53,618 nt of DNA from Eubacteriales bacterium (GTDB lineage: Bacteria > Bacillota > Clostridia > Oscillospirales > RGIG5299), in the NCBI GenBank assembly GCA_045542315.1, contig JAZQKU010000085.1:1-53618 (forward strand), read 5' to 3'. The translations under genes and the position numbers were made by a program. The notes beneath the pieces were generated by a model. That model saw only the letters and a program-made list of their open reading frames with translations, was not told the origin of the DNA and searched no databases. The stretch's first letter is position 1, and each line of letters starts with the position of its first letter. Positions 19,683-29,792 of this stretch are shown here, one piece after another.

Positions 19683-22088
19683 ATGAAATACGAATACGCT
19701 GAAATTGAAAAGAAATGGCAAAAATATTGGGAGGAAAACCAAAGCTTTGCGGCAAGCAACGACTACTCAAAGCCGAAGTTTTATCCTCTTGTTGAGTTTC
19801 CCTATCCGTCGGGCGCAGGTCTTCACGTGGGTCATCCCCGCTCCTACACCGCGCTTGATATAATCGCAAGAAAAAAGCGCCTTGCAGGCTACAACGTCCT
19901 CTACGCAATGGGTTGGGACGCATTCGGTCTTCCTGCCGAGAACTACGCTATTAAAAATCAGGTACACCCTAAGACCATCACCGAGAAGAATATCGACCGC
20001 TTCCGCGATCAGCTCAAGTCACTCGGCCTTTCGTTTGACTGGTCAAGAGAGGTAAATACCACCGATCCGAGCTACTACAAGTGGACACAGTGGATATTCT
20101 TGAAGCTCTTTGAAAAGGGACTTGCCTACAAAAAAGAGATGGCGGTAAACTGGTGCACCTCCTGCAAATGCGTTTTGGCTAACGAAGAGGTAGTCGACGG
20201 CGTTTGCGAGCGCTGCGGCAGTCAGGTTGTAAGAAAGGTCAAGGAGCAGTGGATGCTCAAGATCACCGCCTACGCAGAGCGCCTTATTGACGACCTTGAC
20301 GGCGTAAACTACATTCCCCGCGTCAAGACCCAGCAGAAAAACTGGATAGGCCGCTCAACCGGAGCAGAGGTAAAATTCGAAACCTCGGTAGGCTCCACCC
20401 TCACCGTTTACACCACCAGACCCGACACTCTTTTCGGCGCCACCTATATGGTAATCTCGCCCGAGCATCCGATGATTGACAGCTTCAAGGACGTTATCGA
20501 AAACTATGATGACTGCATCGCCTACCGCGAGGCGGCGGCAAAGAAGTCGGATTTCGAGCGCACCGAGCTTCAGAAGGAAAAGACCGGCGTTTGCATCAAG
20601 GGCATTACCGCCAAAAATCCCGTAAACGGCAATATGATACCCATCTACATATCCGACTACGTTCTTATGAGCTACGGAACAGGCGCGATTATGGCGGTTC
20701 CCGCTCACGACGAGCGTGACTATGCCTTTGCAAAGGTGTTTGACCTTCCCGTAATTGAGGTCGTAAAGGGCGGCAACGTTGAAAAGGAAGCCTTTACTGA
20801 CATTGAAAGCGGTGAAATGGTAAACAGCGGAATGCTTGACGGTCTTACCGTAGCCGAGGCAAAGAAAAAGATAATCGAGTGGCTTTCCGAAACCGGAAAG
20901 GGCGAGGCAAAGGTAAACTACAAGCTTCGCGACTGGGTATTTTCACGTCAGCGCTACTGGGGCGAGCCCATTCCTCTCGTTCATTGCGACGAGTGCGGTT
21001 GGGTTGCGATTCCCGAAAGCGAGCTTCCCTTAACACTCCCCGACGTTGAACGCTACGAGCCCACCGACAACGGCGAATCACCTCTTGCAAAGATCGAAAG
21101 CTTTGTAAACACCACCTGCCCCAAATGCGGACGTCCTGCCAAGAGAGAAACCGACATTATGCCCCAGTGGGCAGGCTCCTCGTGGTATTTCCTCCGCTAT
21201 TGCGATCCGCACAACGATAAGGAGCTTGCCTCCAAGGAAGCTCTTGAATACTGGACTCCCGTCGATTGGTATAACGGCGGTATGGAGCACACCACCCTCC
21301 ACCTTCTCTATTCGAGATTCTGGCACAAGTTCCTCTACGATATCGGCGTAGTACCCACCGCCGAGCCCTATGCAAAGAGAACGAGCCACGGTATGATACT
21401 CGGCGAGAACGGCGCAAAGATGAGTAAATCTCTCGGAAACGTCGTAAACCCCGACGATATCGTAAGAGATTACGGCGCCGACACCATGCGTCTTTACGAG
21501 ATGTTCATAGGCGACTTTGAAAAGACTGCACCGTGGTCCACCTCATCGATAAAGGGTTGCAAGAGATTTTTGGAGAGAGTTCTTGGCCTTGTTGATATAG
21601 CAACCCTTGAGAAAGAGGACGAGGAGACCGAGAGAGAGCTTCACCGCACCATCAGAAAGGTATCAGACGATATCGAGCAGATGAAGTTCAACACCGGCAT
21701 TGCGGCAATGATGAGCTTCGTAAACTTTGCCTACGATAAGGGCGGTCTTACCAAGGAGGAGCTTAAGACCTTTATCCTTCTTTTAAATCCCTTCGCACCT
21801 CATCTTACCGAGGAAATGTGGGAGCTTCTCGGAGAGAAGAAGCCCATTTGCGAGATCGGCGTATGGCCCGAATACGATGAGAAAAAGCTCGTTGATACGA
21901 GCAAGATAATCCCCGTCCAGGTAAACGGCAAGCTCCGCGGCACGATAAAGGTAGCCGTAGGTCTTGACGAGGCGGCGGTAAGAGCCGAGGCCGAAAAGGA
22001 CGAAAAGATTGCCGCAGCGCTCCAGGGCAAGACGGTCGTAAAGGTCATCTATATCAAGGATAAAATGCTCAACATCGTCGTTAAATGA
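19683..22088 (+). CDS. leuS: Leucine--tRNA ligase
   Basis: [34 protein letters not shown]. Confidence 0.97.
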   Translation: MKYEYAEIEKKWQKYWEENQSFAASNDYSKPKFYPLVEFPYPSGAGLHVGHPRSYTALDIIARKKRLAGYNVLYAMGWDAFGLPAENYAIKNQVHPKTITEKNIDRFRDQLKSLGLSFDWSREVNTTDPSYYKWTQWIFLKLFEKGLAYKKEMAVNWCTSCKCVLANEEVVDGVCERCGSQVVRKVKEQWMLKITAYAERLIDDLDGVNYIPRVKTQQKNWIGRSTGAEVKFETSVGSTLTVYTTRPDTLFGATYMVISPEHPMIDSFKDVIENYDDCIAYREAAAKKSDFERTELQKEKTGVCIKGITAKNPVNGNMIPIYISDYVLMSYGTGAIMAVPAHDERDYAFAKVFDLPVIEVVKGGNVEKEAFTDIESGEMVNSGMLDGLTVAEAKKKIIEWLSETGKGEAKVNYKLRDWVFSRQRYWGEPIPLVHCDECGWVAIPESELPLTLPDVERYEPTDNGESPLAKIESFVNTTCPKCGRPAKRETDIMPQWAGSSWYFLRYCDPHNDKELASKEALEYWTPVDWYNGGMEHTTLHLLYSRFWHKFLYDIGVVPTAEPYAKRTSHGMILGENGAKMSKSLGNVVNPDDIVRDYGADTMRLYEMFIGDFEKTAPWSTSSIKGCKRFLERVLGLVDIATLEKEDEETERELHRTIRKVSDDIEQMKFNTGIAAMMSFVNFAYDKGGLTKEELKTFILLLNPFAPHLTEEMWELLGEKKPICEIGVWPEYDEKKLVDTSKIIPVQVNGKLRGTIKVAVGLDEAAVRAEAEKDEKIAAALQGKTVVKVIYIKDKMLNIVVK

Positions 22089-22108
22089 TTGTAAAAGAGG
22101 TTTAAAAT

Positions 22109-24736
22109 ATGAAAGATATCAAACCTATGGGTTTAAATGAGATAAGAGAAAAATATCTCTCGTTCTTCGAGAAAAAGGGTCACCTTCGCGAAAAAAGCGC
22201 ATCGCTTATTCCCGACGGCGACAAGGGCCTTTTGCTTATAAACGCAGGTATGGCTCCCCTTAAAAAATATTTCACCGGCGAGGCAACTCCTCCCTCTGTG
22301 AGAATGACCACCTGCCAGAAATGCATTCGTGTATTGGATATCGAGCGCGTAGGCAAAACGAGCCGTCACGGCACCTTCTTTGAAATGCTCGGAAACTTCT
22401 CCTTCGGCGACTACTTCAAGCACGAGGTGTGCGCCTGGGCGTGGGAGTTTTTGACAAAGGATCTTGAGCTTCCCATCGAGCGTCTTTACGTTTCCGTTTA
22501 TCACGAGGACGACGAGGCATACGATATCTGGACCAAGGAGGTTGGCGTTGACCCCTCTCACATGGTTCGTCTCGGAAAGGCTGATAACTTCTGGGAGATC
22601 GGCGCGGGCCCCTGCGGTCCCTGCACCGAGATCTATTTCGACAGAGGAGAGGAATACTCCTGCGGCAGTAAGGACTGCTTCGTAGGCTGCGACTGCGACC
22701 GTTACGTTGAATTCTGGAACCTCGTTTTCTCGCAGTTTAACAACGACGGCGAGGGCAACTACACCGAGCTTGCAAAGAAAAACATAGATACCGGTATGGG
22801 CCTTGAGAGAATGGCTTGCATTATGCAGGGCAAAACCAGCATCTTCGAGATCGACACCGTTTCCAACATAATGAAGACCGTTTGCGATATCGCAAAGGTA
22901 AATTACAAAGAGGACGAGAAAAAGGATCTTTCCTTACGCGTTATCACCGACCATATCAGAGGAAGCTCATTCCTTATTGCAGACGGCGTTTTGCCCTCAA
23001 ACGAGGGAAGAGGCTACGTTCTCCGTAAGCTTATTCGCCGCGCGGCACGTCACGGCAGACTCATAGGAGTTGAAAAGCCCTTCCTTTACGAGGTTGCGGC
23101 AAGCGTTGCAAAGGAAAACCGCACCGCATATCCCGAGCTTACCGAGCGCCTCGACTTCATTCAGAACGTATTGAAGAAGGAAGAGGAGCAGTTTGCAAAA
23201 ACTGTGGGAAGCGGACTCCAGATGCTTTCCGAGCTTATGAAAAACGCCGAAAGCAAGACCGTTTCGGGTGCTGATGCCTTCAAGCTTTACGATACCTTCG
23301 GCTTCCCCTTGGACCTCACCAAGGAGATCGCGGAGGACGGCGGCTTTGCCGTTGACGAGGAGGGCTTTGAGGCTGAAATGAAGCGTCAGCGCGAGGCCTC
23401 GAGAGAGGCAAGAGAGAAACTCGGCGACTTTGGCTGGGAAAAGCACATCTCTGTTAAGGATCTCGGAATAACCCCCGAATTTACAGGTTATAATAATCTC
23501 ACCGGCACCGCTCCCATAAAGGCAATATTTGCAGGTGCAGAAAGAGTTAACTCTGCGGGAAGCGGCGAGACCGTTACCGTAATTTTTGAAAAAACCCCCT
23601 TCTACGCCGAAATGGGCGGTCAGCCCGGCGACGTGGGCGTTATTAAGAGCGAGGGCGCAACCCTTAAGGTCGTTAAGACGTTAAAGGGTGATGACGGAGT
23701 TGCACTCCATCTTTGCGAAATAGAAAACGGCGAGATAGCCGAGGGCGACGTTATGGAGCTTTCCGTTTGCAAAAAGCACCGTCTTGACGTTTCGAGAAAC
23801 CACTCGGCAACTCACCTCTTGCAGAAGGCTCTCAAGGAGGTGCTTGGCGACCACGTTTCGCAGGCAGGCTCACAGCTTTCGAGAGATAATCTCACCTTCG
23901 ACTTTACAAGCTTTGAGGCTCTTACCAAGGAGCAGCTTGAAAAGGTTGAGGAGCTTGTAAATAACGATATCGACGCCGCGCTTGCTATTTCCACCGCGGA
24001 AATGTCTATCGAGGAGGCAAAGGCAAGCGGTGCCGAGGCGCACTTTACCGAAAAGTACGGCAAGACTGTAAGAGTTGTTTCAATGGGTGACCGCTCCAAG
24101 GAGCTTTGCGGCGGAACTCACCTTAACAACACAGCTGAAATAGGAATGTTCAAGATAGTTTCCGAAAGCTCTGTTGCCGCAGGCGTAAGACGCATTGAGG
24201 CTGTAACGGGCCGCGGTGTTTTGAAGCTTCTTTCGGAAAAGCAGGAGCTTATAAATTCCACCGTTATTGCTCTTAAGGGCAAGACCGAGAAGGAGCTTTT
24301 AACAAGAGCGAACGTCGTTATGAACGAGCTCAAGGATGCCAAGGCGCAGGTCACCGCTTACGAGAGCCGCATTTCCGAAATCGTTTTTGAAAGCGTTATT
24401 GCTTCTGCCGAAAGTGTTAACGGCGTTGAAATAATCACCGCTTATCTCAAGGATACCGACCTTTCGGTTGCAAGAAGCATAGGCGACAGAATTAAAGAGA
24501 GAAAGCCTTTGGCTGCGGCAATAATTGCCTGCGAAAAGGACGGCAAGGCAAACCTCGTTGCGGTAATGGGCGCAGAAGCCGTTAAGGCAGGCCGCCACGC
24601 AGGAAAGACCGTTTCTCTTGCGGCAGCCGTAACGGGCGGCAAGGGCGGCGGCAGACCCGATTCTGCGGTTGCGGGTGTAGGCGATATTGCCAAGATTTCC
24701 GATGCACTTGCCGAAGCAAAAAAATTACTCTCCTAA
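22109..24736 (+). CDS. alaS: Alanine--tRNA ligase
   Basis: NAGMAP, RHGTFFEMLGNFSFGDYFK, DTGMGLER, editing motifs HSATH and ELCGGTH, C-terminal GGKGGG. Confidence 0.97.
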   Translation: MKDIKPMGLNEIREKYLSFFEKKGHLREKSASLIPDGDKGLLLINAGMAPLKKYFTGEATPPSVRMTTCQKCIRVLDIERVGKTSRHGTFFEMLGNFSFGDYFKHEVCAWAWEFLTKDLELPIERLYVSVYHEDDEAYDIWTKEVGVDPSHMVRLGKADNFWEIGAGPCGPCTEIYFDRGEEYSCGSKDCFVGCDCDRYVEFWNLVFSQFNNDGEGNYTELAKKNIDTGMGLERMACIMQGKTSIFEIDTVSNIMKTVCDIAKVNYKEDEKKDLSLRVITDHIRGSSFLIADGVLPSNEGRGYVLRKLIRRAARHGRLIGVEKPFLYEVAASVAKENRTAYPELTERLDFIQNVLKKEEEQFAKTVGSGLQMLSELMKNAESKTVSGADAFKLYDTFGFPLDLTKEIAEDGGFAVDEEGFEAEMKRQREASREAREKLGDFGWEKHISVKDLGITPEFTGYNNLTGTAPIKAIFAGAERVNSAGSGETVTVIFEKTPFYAEMGGQPGDVGVIKSEGATLKVVKTLKGDDGVALHLCEIENGEIAEGDVMELSVCKKHRLDVSRNHSATHLLQKALKEVLGDHVSQAGSQLSRDNLTFDFTSFEALTKEQLEKVEELVNNDIDAALAISTAEMSIEEAKASGAEAHFTEKYGKTVRVVSMGDRSKELCGGTHLNNTAEIGMFKIVSESSVAAGVRRIEAVTGRGVLKLLSEKQELINSTVIALKGKTEKELLTRANVVMNELKDAKAQVTAYESRISEIVFESVIASAESVNGVEIITAYLKDTDLSVARSIGDRIKERKPLAAAIIACEKDGKANLVAVMGAEAVKAGRHAGKTVSLAAAVTGGKGGGRPDSAVAGVGDIAKISDALAEAKKLLS

Positions 24737-24775
24737 CATACTGAAAGGAAGCCCACGGGCTTTACGGGTATAACA

Positions 24776-26050
24776 ATGGAAAAGTATATTATTAACGGAG
24801 GAAGACCTCTTTTCGGAGAGGTAGCGGTGAGCGGCGCAAAAAATGCGGCGCTCCCCATTCTTGCCGCAACGATACTTTCTGACGGCGAATGCCGAATTGA
24901 AAATATCCCCGAGATAAGAGACGTTTCTCTTATGATAGAGATACTTTACAAAATGGGCGCGGAGGTAAGGACCATTGACCGCACTACCGTTGAGATAGAG
25001 GCGTCGAGAATTTACACCACCGCTTCTCCCAACGATATCTGTCGCCGTCTTCGCGGCTCCTACTATCTTCTCGGAGCAATGCTCGGAAAATACGGCAAGG
25101 TAGAGGTTGAAATGCCCGGCGGCTGCAACTTCGGTGTGCGCCCGATAGACCTTCATATAAAGGGCCTTGAGGCGCTCGGCGCCCATATAGAAATAGAGGG
25201 CGGCGTTATCAAGGCGGCGGCACCCGACGGACTTAAGGGTGCAACGGTATATCTTGATAAGGCGTCTGTCGGCGCAACGATAAACATAATGCTTGCGGCT
25301 GTAAGAGCCGAGGGCACTACCCTGATCGAAAACGCCGCAAGAGAGCCGCACATCGTTGACCTTGCAAACTTCTTAAACTCAATGGGTGCATCGGTCCGCG
25401 GCGCGGGCACCGATACGATAAAGATAAAGGGCGTAAGCTCCCTTATAGGCGTTACCTATTCGATAATTCCCGACCAGATAGAGGCGGGAACCTTTATGAT
25501 TGCCTCTGCCATTACCGGCGGTGACGTTGTTGTTAAAAACATAATCCCCAAGCATATGGAATCACTTACCTCGAAGCTTATTGAGGCGGGTATGAAGGTA
25601 GAGGAGCTTGACGAGGCGATAAGAGTAGTGGGTAAAAGACCGATAAACAAGCTGAAGGTTACGGCGATATATTATCCCGGCTTTCCCACCGATCTGCAAC
25701 CCCAGATAACCGCAATGCTCTCGCTTGCCGAGGGAACGAGCATCGTTACCGAAAGCGTTTGGGAAAACCGTTTCCGCTACACCGAGGAGCTTAAGAAGAT
25801 GGGCGCCGACATTTCGGTTGACGGGCGTGTTGCAACGGTATCGGGAGTAAAGGAGCTTCACGGCGCAACGGTTACCGCCTGCGACCTTCGCGCAGGTGCG
25901 GCAGTTATCCTTGCGGGTCTTGCCGCCGAGGGCGAAACCGTAATTGAAAATATCGTGCTTGTTGAAAGAGGCTACGAGGATATCGTGGGCAAGCTTCGCG
26001 CACTCGGCGCGGAGATATCGAAAGAGAGCTTTAACGAGCCCGCGATTTAA
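24776..26050 (+). CDS. murA: UDP-N-acetylglucosamine 1-carboxyvinyltransferase
   Basis: GAKNAALP, PGGCNFGVRP (catalytic Cys), PGFPTDLQ, DLRAGA, RGYE. Confidence 0.95.
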   Translation: MEKYIINGGRPLFGEVAVSGAKNAALPILAATILSDGECRIENIPEIRDVSLMIEILYKMGAEVRTIDRTTVEIEASRIYTTASPNDICRRLRGSYYLLGAMLGKYGKVEVEMPGGCNFGVRPIDLHIKGLEALGAHIEIEGGVIKAAAPDGLKGATVYLDKASVGATINIMLAAVRAEGTTLIENAAREPHIVDLANFLNSMGASVRGAGTDTIKIKGVSSLIGVTYSIIPDQIEAGTFMIASAITGGDVVVKNIIPKHMESLTSKLIEAGMKVEELDEAIRVVGKRPINKLKVTAIYYPGFPTDLQPQITAMLSLAEGTSIVTESVWENRFRYTEELKKMGADISVDGRVATVSGVKELHGATVTACDLRAGAAVILAGLAAEGETVIENIVLVERGYEDIVGKLRALGAEISKESFNEPAI

Positions 26051-26062
26051 CGGAGATAAGCT

Positions 26063-26875
26063 ATGTCCTTCTTTTTTCAAACACTTTACAGCGGAAGCGA
26101 GGGCAACGCCTGCCTTATCGGCTGTGACGGGCGTTACATACTTATCGATGCCGGCAGAAACTGCAAGGCGGTTTTAAACGCTCTTTCCTCGCTTTCAATT
26201 TCAGTGAGGGACGTTTTTGCGGTCTTCGTTACTCACGAGCATTCCGACCATATTTCGGCGCTCGACGTTCTGGCAAGAAACTATAAAATCCCCGTTTTTG
26301 CAAACGGAGCAACCGCCGAGGAAATTAAAAGACTGGCAAAAAATCTTCCAAACGACCTTGTTTTCGAGCTTGAAAACTATTCGACTGCGAAAAACGGCGG
26401 TATTGCGGTAACACCGTTTCCGCTCCCGCACGATTCGGTTAGCTGCTCGGGATACGTTGTTGAGGCAGAAGGTAAAAGGCTCGTGGTTGCAACCGATATG
26501 GGTCACCTCACGGGTGAATTTGCCGCAGCGGCGAAGGACGCCGATGCGGTTGTAATAGAATCGAATTACGATGAGATAATGCTTCAAAACGGAAGATATC
26601 CCGAATATCTGAAGCGCAGGATCAGCTCAAAATACGGTCATCTTTCAAATGCCGACTGTGCCGAGGCCGTTTCGGTGCTTTCGAGAAGAAGGGCAAAAAA
26701 GATAATGCTTGCCCATATCTCAAAGGAAAACAACACCCCCGAAACGGCAGTTTCAAAATCCAAAGAGATTCTTCTGTCGCTCGGGGCAACGGTAACTCAC
26801 ACGGTAAACGAGGGAGCCGACGTATTGGTTGCGGCGGCACCGAGATATACGCCGTCCGAAAGGATAATAATTTAA
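26063..26875 (+). CDS. MBL-fold metallo-hydrolase (YycJ/WalJ-like)
   Basis: SGSEGN, THEHSDH, ESNYD, GHLSN, AHISKENN. Confidence 0.88.
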   Translation: MSFFFQTLYSGSEGNACLIGCDGRYILIDAGRNCKAVLNALSSLSISVRDVFAVFVTHEHSDHISALDVLARNYKIPVFANGATAEEIKRLAKNLPNDLVFELENYSTAKNGGIAVTPFPLPHDSVSCSGYVVEAEGKRLVVATDMGHLTGEFAAAAKDADAVVIESNYDEIMLQNGRYPEYLKRRISSKYGHLSNADCAEAVSVLSRRRAKKIMLAHISKENNTPETAVSKSKEILLSLGATVTHTVNEGADVLVAAAPRYTPSERIII

Positions 26876-27355
26876 ATGTTCAACGTTAAGCTTATTGCGG
26901 TGGGGAAGCTCAAGGAAAGCTATCTCACCGAGGCTGTTTCCGAATATGCAAAAAGGCTGAAGGCTTATTGCAAATTTGAAATAATCGAGTTAAAGGAAGC
27001 ATTTTTACCCGAAAACCCGAGTGAAAAGGAAATAGAGGCGGCGCTGTCCCAAGAGGCAAAGGATATTTTAAAGGCTGCGGCAGACAGCGTAACAGTCGCC
27101 CTTTGCATTGAGGGAAAGCAAACGAGCTCCGAAGGCCTTGCAAAGGAAATAGAAAAATTCGGAAACACCGGAAACGGTAGCATCTCGTTTATAATCGGTT
27201 CGTCGCACGGGCTTTCAAACGAGGTAAAGAACAGGGCGGTGCGAAGGCTCTCAATGTCGGAAATGACCTTTCCGCATCAGCTTGCGAGAGTTATGGTCGC
27301 CGAGCAGATTTACAGAGCTTTTTCAATAATGAATAACGGAAAGTATCATAAATAG
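26876..27355 (+). CDS. rlmH: 23S rRNA pseudouridine-1915 N3-methyltransferase
   Basis: AVGKLKE, FIIGSSHGL, MTFPHQLARV, EQIYRA, YHK. Confidence 0.95.
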   Translation: MFNVKLIAVGKLKESYLTEAVSEYAKRLKAYCKFEIIELKEAFLPENPSEKEIEAALSQEAKDILKAAADSVTVALCIEGKQTSSEGLAKEIEKFGNTGNGSISFIIGSSHGLSNEVKNRAVRRLSMSEMTFPHQLARVMVAEQIYRAFSIMNNGKYHK

Positions 27356-27362
27356 GTGGAAT

Positions 27363-27614
27363 ATGGAATATATTTACAGACCCAAGGGCGTTTGCACCCG
27401 CGAAATGAGAATTTCGGCAGAAAACGGAGTTATAACCGACGTTAAAATGATAGGCGGCTGCAGCGGCAACACAACAGGTATTTCAATGCTCGTTAAGGGA
27501 ATGAAGATATCCGACGTGATAGATCGCCTTGAGGGAATAAAATGCGGATTTAAAAACACTTCCTGCCCGGCAGAGCTTGCAAATGCGCTTAAGGAGATGG
27601 AGAAAAATGGCTGA
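27363..27614 (+). CDS. TSCPD-domain protein (TIGR03905-like)
   Basis: PKGVC, GGCSGN, GIKCGFKNTSCPA. Confidence 0.85.
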   Translation: MEYIYRPKGVCTREMRISAENGVITDVKMIGGCSGNTTGISMLVKGMKISDVIDRLEGIKCGFKNTSCPAELANALKEMEKNG

Positions 27615-29322
27615 CCTTTCCTACAGGGAAAATTATGAAAAATGGATAACCTCGCCCTATATCGATGGGGCAACTCGTGATGAGCTTATGGCTATTGAAA
27701 ATGATGAAAACGAGCTGAAGATGCGGTTTTCGGCGCCGATGGAGTTTGGTACGGCAGGTCAGCGCGGCGTTATGGGAGCAGGCCTTTCGCGTTTAAACGT
27801 CTATACGGTGAAATACACCACCCGCGCGCTTGCAAGCCTTATAATCAAAGAGGGCAAAGCGGCAATGGAGAAGGGCGTTGTGATCGCCTTTGACTGTCGC
27901 TTGAATTCAAGAGAGTTCGGTTACGAGGCGGCGGCGGTGCTTGCCTCAAACGGAATAAAGGTCTTTATTTTTGATGAGCTTACCCCTACCCCCGTGCTTT
28001 CCTATGCAATCAGAAGGCTCGGTGCAACGGCCGGAATAAATATAACCGCAAGCCATAATCCCGTTGAATATAACGGCTATAAGGTTTACTGGTCAAACGG
28101 CGCACAGCTTCCGCCGAAGGAAGCCGCAGTGGTTGCAAAAGAGCTTAAAAGGCTTGATATTTTTGAAGACTGCAAATCAAAGCCCGTCGATTTTCTTGTT
28201 GAAAACGGAATGATAACGGTAATGGATAACTCGCTCGAGGAGGAGTTCTGTAAAGAGCTTCTTTCCCGCAGAATAAACGGCGAAAGGGCAGATATATCGG
28301 TGGTATATACTCCCCTTCACGGCACCGGCAGACGCGCCGTCCCCTTCGTGCTTCGCGAAATGGGAGTTGAGGTGGAAACGGTCACTGAGCAGATGATACC
28401 CGACGGACACTTTTCAACCGTGCCATCGCCGAATCCCGAAAACGCGGTCGCATTTGAATATGCTCTTTCGGTTGCAAATAAAAACGGAAGCAAGGCGGAT
28501 CTGCTTATTGCAACCGATCCCGACGCCGACAGAATAGGCGTTATGGCAAAGAAAAACGGCGAATATAAGGCGATAAGCGGAAATCAGATGGGCGTGCTTC
28601 TTTTGAATTATATGATAACCGCCAAGCGCGAAAAAGGAATTTTAAAGGAAAAAAGCGGTGCGATATCCACAATAGTTTCCACTCCGCTTGCCGAAAAAAT
28701 CGCAAGGAAAAACGGACTTTCCTTTGCCTCGACCTTTACAGGCTTTAAATTCATTGCCGAGAAGATAGATGAGTGGCAGGGTGACGTTGACTTTCTTTTC
28801 GGCTTCGAGGAAAGCTTTGGCTATATGGTGGGCGACTATGTACGTGATAAGGATTCCATCGGTACGGCAATGATGGTCTCGGAGGCTGCGGCATACTGTA
28901 AAAGACAGGGCAAAACCCTTTTCGACCTTCTCGATGCAATATATAACGAATACGGCTATTACTTTGAAAAGACCGATAATATAATGATGAAGGGGATCGA
29001 GGGTCCCGAAAAGACCAAGCGTCTGATGAGCGAGCTTCGCGGAAATATAACCGAGCTCGGCGGCGAAAGGATAGAAAGGATAGCCGACTATAAGAGCGGT
29101 GTTATAAAGGAGCTTGCAAGCGGCAAAGAGGAGCCTACGGGAATGGAAAGCTCAAACGTTTTGAAGTTCTTTTTGGAGGACGGCTCTGCCGTCTGCGTGC
29201 GCCCCTCGGGAACCGAGCCGAAGGTGAAGGTCTATTACCTCGTTTGCGGCAAGGACGAGAAAGAATGCATTTTAAAGACAGAAAAATTGCAAAAAGCAAT
29301 AAACGGCATAATAGCCGATTAA
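27607..29322 (+). CDS. Phosphoglucomutase/phosphomannomutase
   Basis: FGTAG, TASHNP, DPDADR, FEES, RPSGTEPK. Start at MADLS after GGAG. Confidence 0.93.
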   Translation: MADLSYRENYEKWITSPYIDGATRDELMAIENDENELKMRFSAPMEFGTAGQRGVMGAGLSRLNVYTVKYTTRALASLIIKEGKAAMEKGVVIAFDCRLNSREFGYEAAAVLASNGIKVFIFDELTPTPVLSYAIRRLGATAGINITASHNPVEYNGYKVYWSNGAQLPPKEAAVVAKELKRLDIFEDCKSKPVDFLVENGMITVMDNSLEEEFCKELLSRRINGERADISVVYTPLHGTGRRAVPFVLREMGVEVETVTEQMIPDGHFSTVPSPNPENAVAFEYALSVANKNGSKADLLIATDPDADRIGVMAKKNGEYKAISGNQMGVLLLNYMITAKREKGILKEKSGAISTIVSTPLAEKIARKNGLSFASTFTGFKFIAEKIDEWQGDVDFLFGFEESFGYMVGDYVRDKDSIGTAMMVSEAAAYCKRQGKTLFDLLDAIYNEYGYYFEKTDNIMMKGIEGPEKTKRLMSELRGNITELGGERIERIADYKSGVIKELASGKEEPTGMESSNVLKFFLEDGSAVCVRPSGTEPKVKVYYLVCGKDEKECILKTEKLQKAINGIIAD

Positions 29323-29350
29323 AAATTCGGAGCGAAGGCTCCGAAAATAT

Positions 29351-29427
29351 CCGCCTGTAGCTCAGCTGGATAGAGTAGCAGATTCCGATTCTGACGGTCG
29401 GGGGTTCGAATCCCTTCAGGCGGGCCA
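29351..29427 (+). tRNA. tRNA-Arg(CCG)
   Basis: Cloverleaf with acceptor CCGCCTG/CAGGCGG, D-arm GCTC/GAGT, anticodon loop TTCCGAT, T-loop TTCGAAT and encoded CCA. Confidence 0.95.
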
Positions 29428-29467
29428 AAGCAACAAAGCACCTCAAAAGAGGTGCTTTATTGTTTTT
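29428..29467 (+). terminator. Terminator-like hairpin after tRNA-Arg; part of the repeat unit, recurring at 29613-29652
   Basis: AAGCAACAAAGCACCTC-AAAA-GAGGTGCTTTATTGTTTTT. Confidence 0.75.
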
Positions 29468-29472
29468 AAAAG

Positions 29473-29612
29473 GAAGGGATTCGAACTGCGAATGGGAGCA
29501 GCTGCGAGCATTAGCTACGCAGATGCGACGGAGAAACAGTCCGGGGGACTGTTTTGAATTCGCCCAAGGGAGCGCGGTGCGCGACTGCGAGAAAATCCCT
29601 TCAGGCGGGCCA
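29473..29612 (+). repeat. tRNA-linked structured element, copy 1, ending in a duplicated tRNA-Arg 3' end
   Basis: Begins GAAGGGATTCGAAC, the reverse complement of tRNA 29404-29417. Core AAACAGTCC-GGG-GGACTGTTT hairpin. Ends AATCCCTTCAGGCGGGCCA, identical to 29409-29427. Confidence 0.9.
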
Positions 29613-29657
29613 AAGCAATAAAGCACCTCAAAAGAGGTGCTTTGTTGTTTTTAAAAG

Positions 29658-29792
29658 GAGGGGATTCGAACTGCGAATGGGAGCAGCTGCGAGAGAAGTG
29701 AGCAGATGCGACGGAGAAACAGTCCGGGGGACTGTTTTGAATTCACCCAAGGGAGCATAAGCGAGCGCGAGAAAATCCCTTCGCCTCCACCA
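29658..29792 (+). repeat. tRNA-linked structured element, copy 2, ending in a different (Ala/tmRNA-type) 3' end
   Basis: Near-identical to copy 1 apart from hairpin tips and a few substitutions. Ends AATCCCTTCGCCTCCACCA. Confidence 0.9.

Noticed and set aside
19664-22108. T-box riboswitches before leuS or alaS
   Set aside because: The intergenic gaps are only about 20 bp, too short for a leader.
29378-29394. G:A mismatch at the top of the tRNA-Arg anticodon stem and two G:U pairs in the T-stem, as a sign of a pseudo-tRNA
   Set aside because: A 27:43 mismatch is tolerated in functional tRNAs, and all other conserved positions and the CCA are intact.
29473-29792. Additional tRNA genes suggested by GGATTCGAAC (minus-strand T-loop) and CCA ends
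   Set aside because: No D-arm, anticodon arm or matching acceptor 5' strand can be built. Only 14-19-nt tRNA fragments are present.
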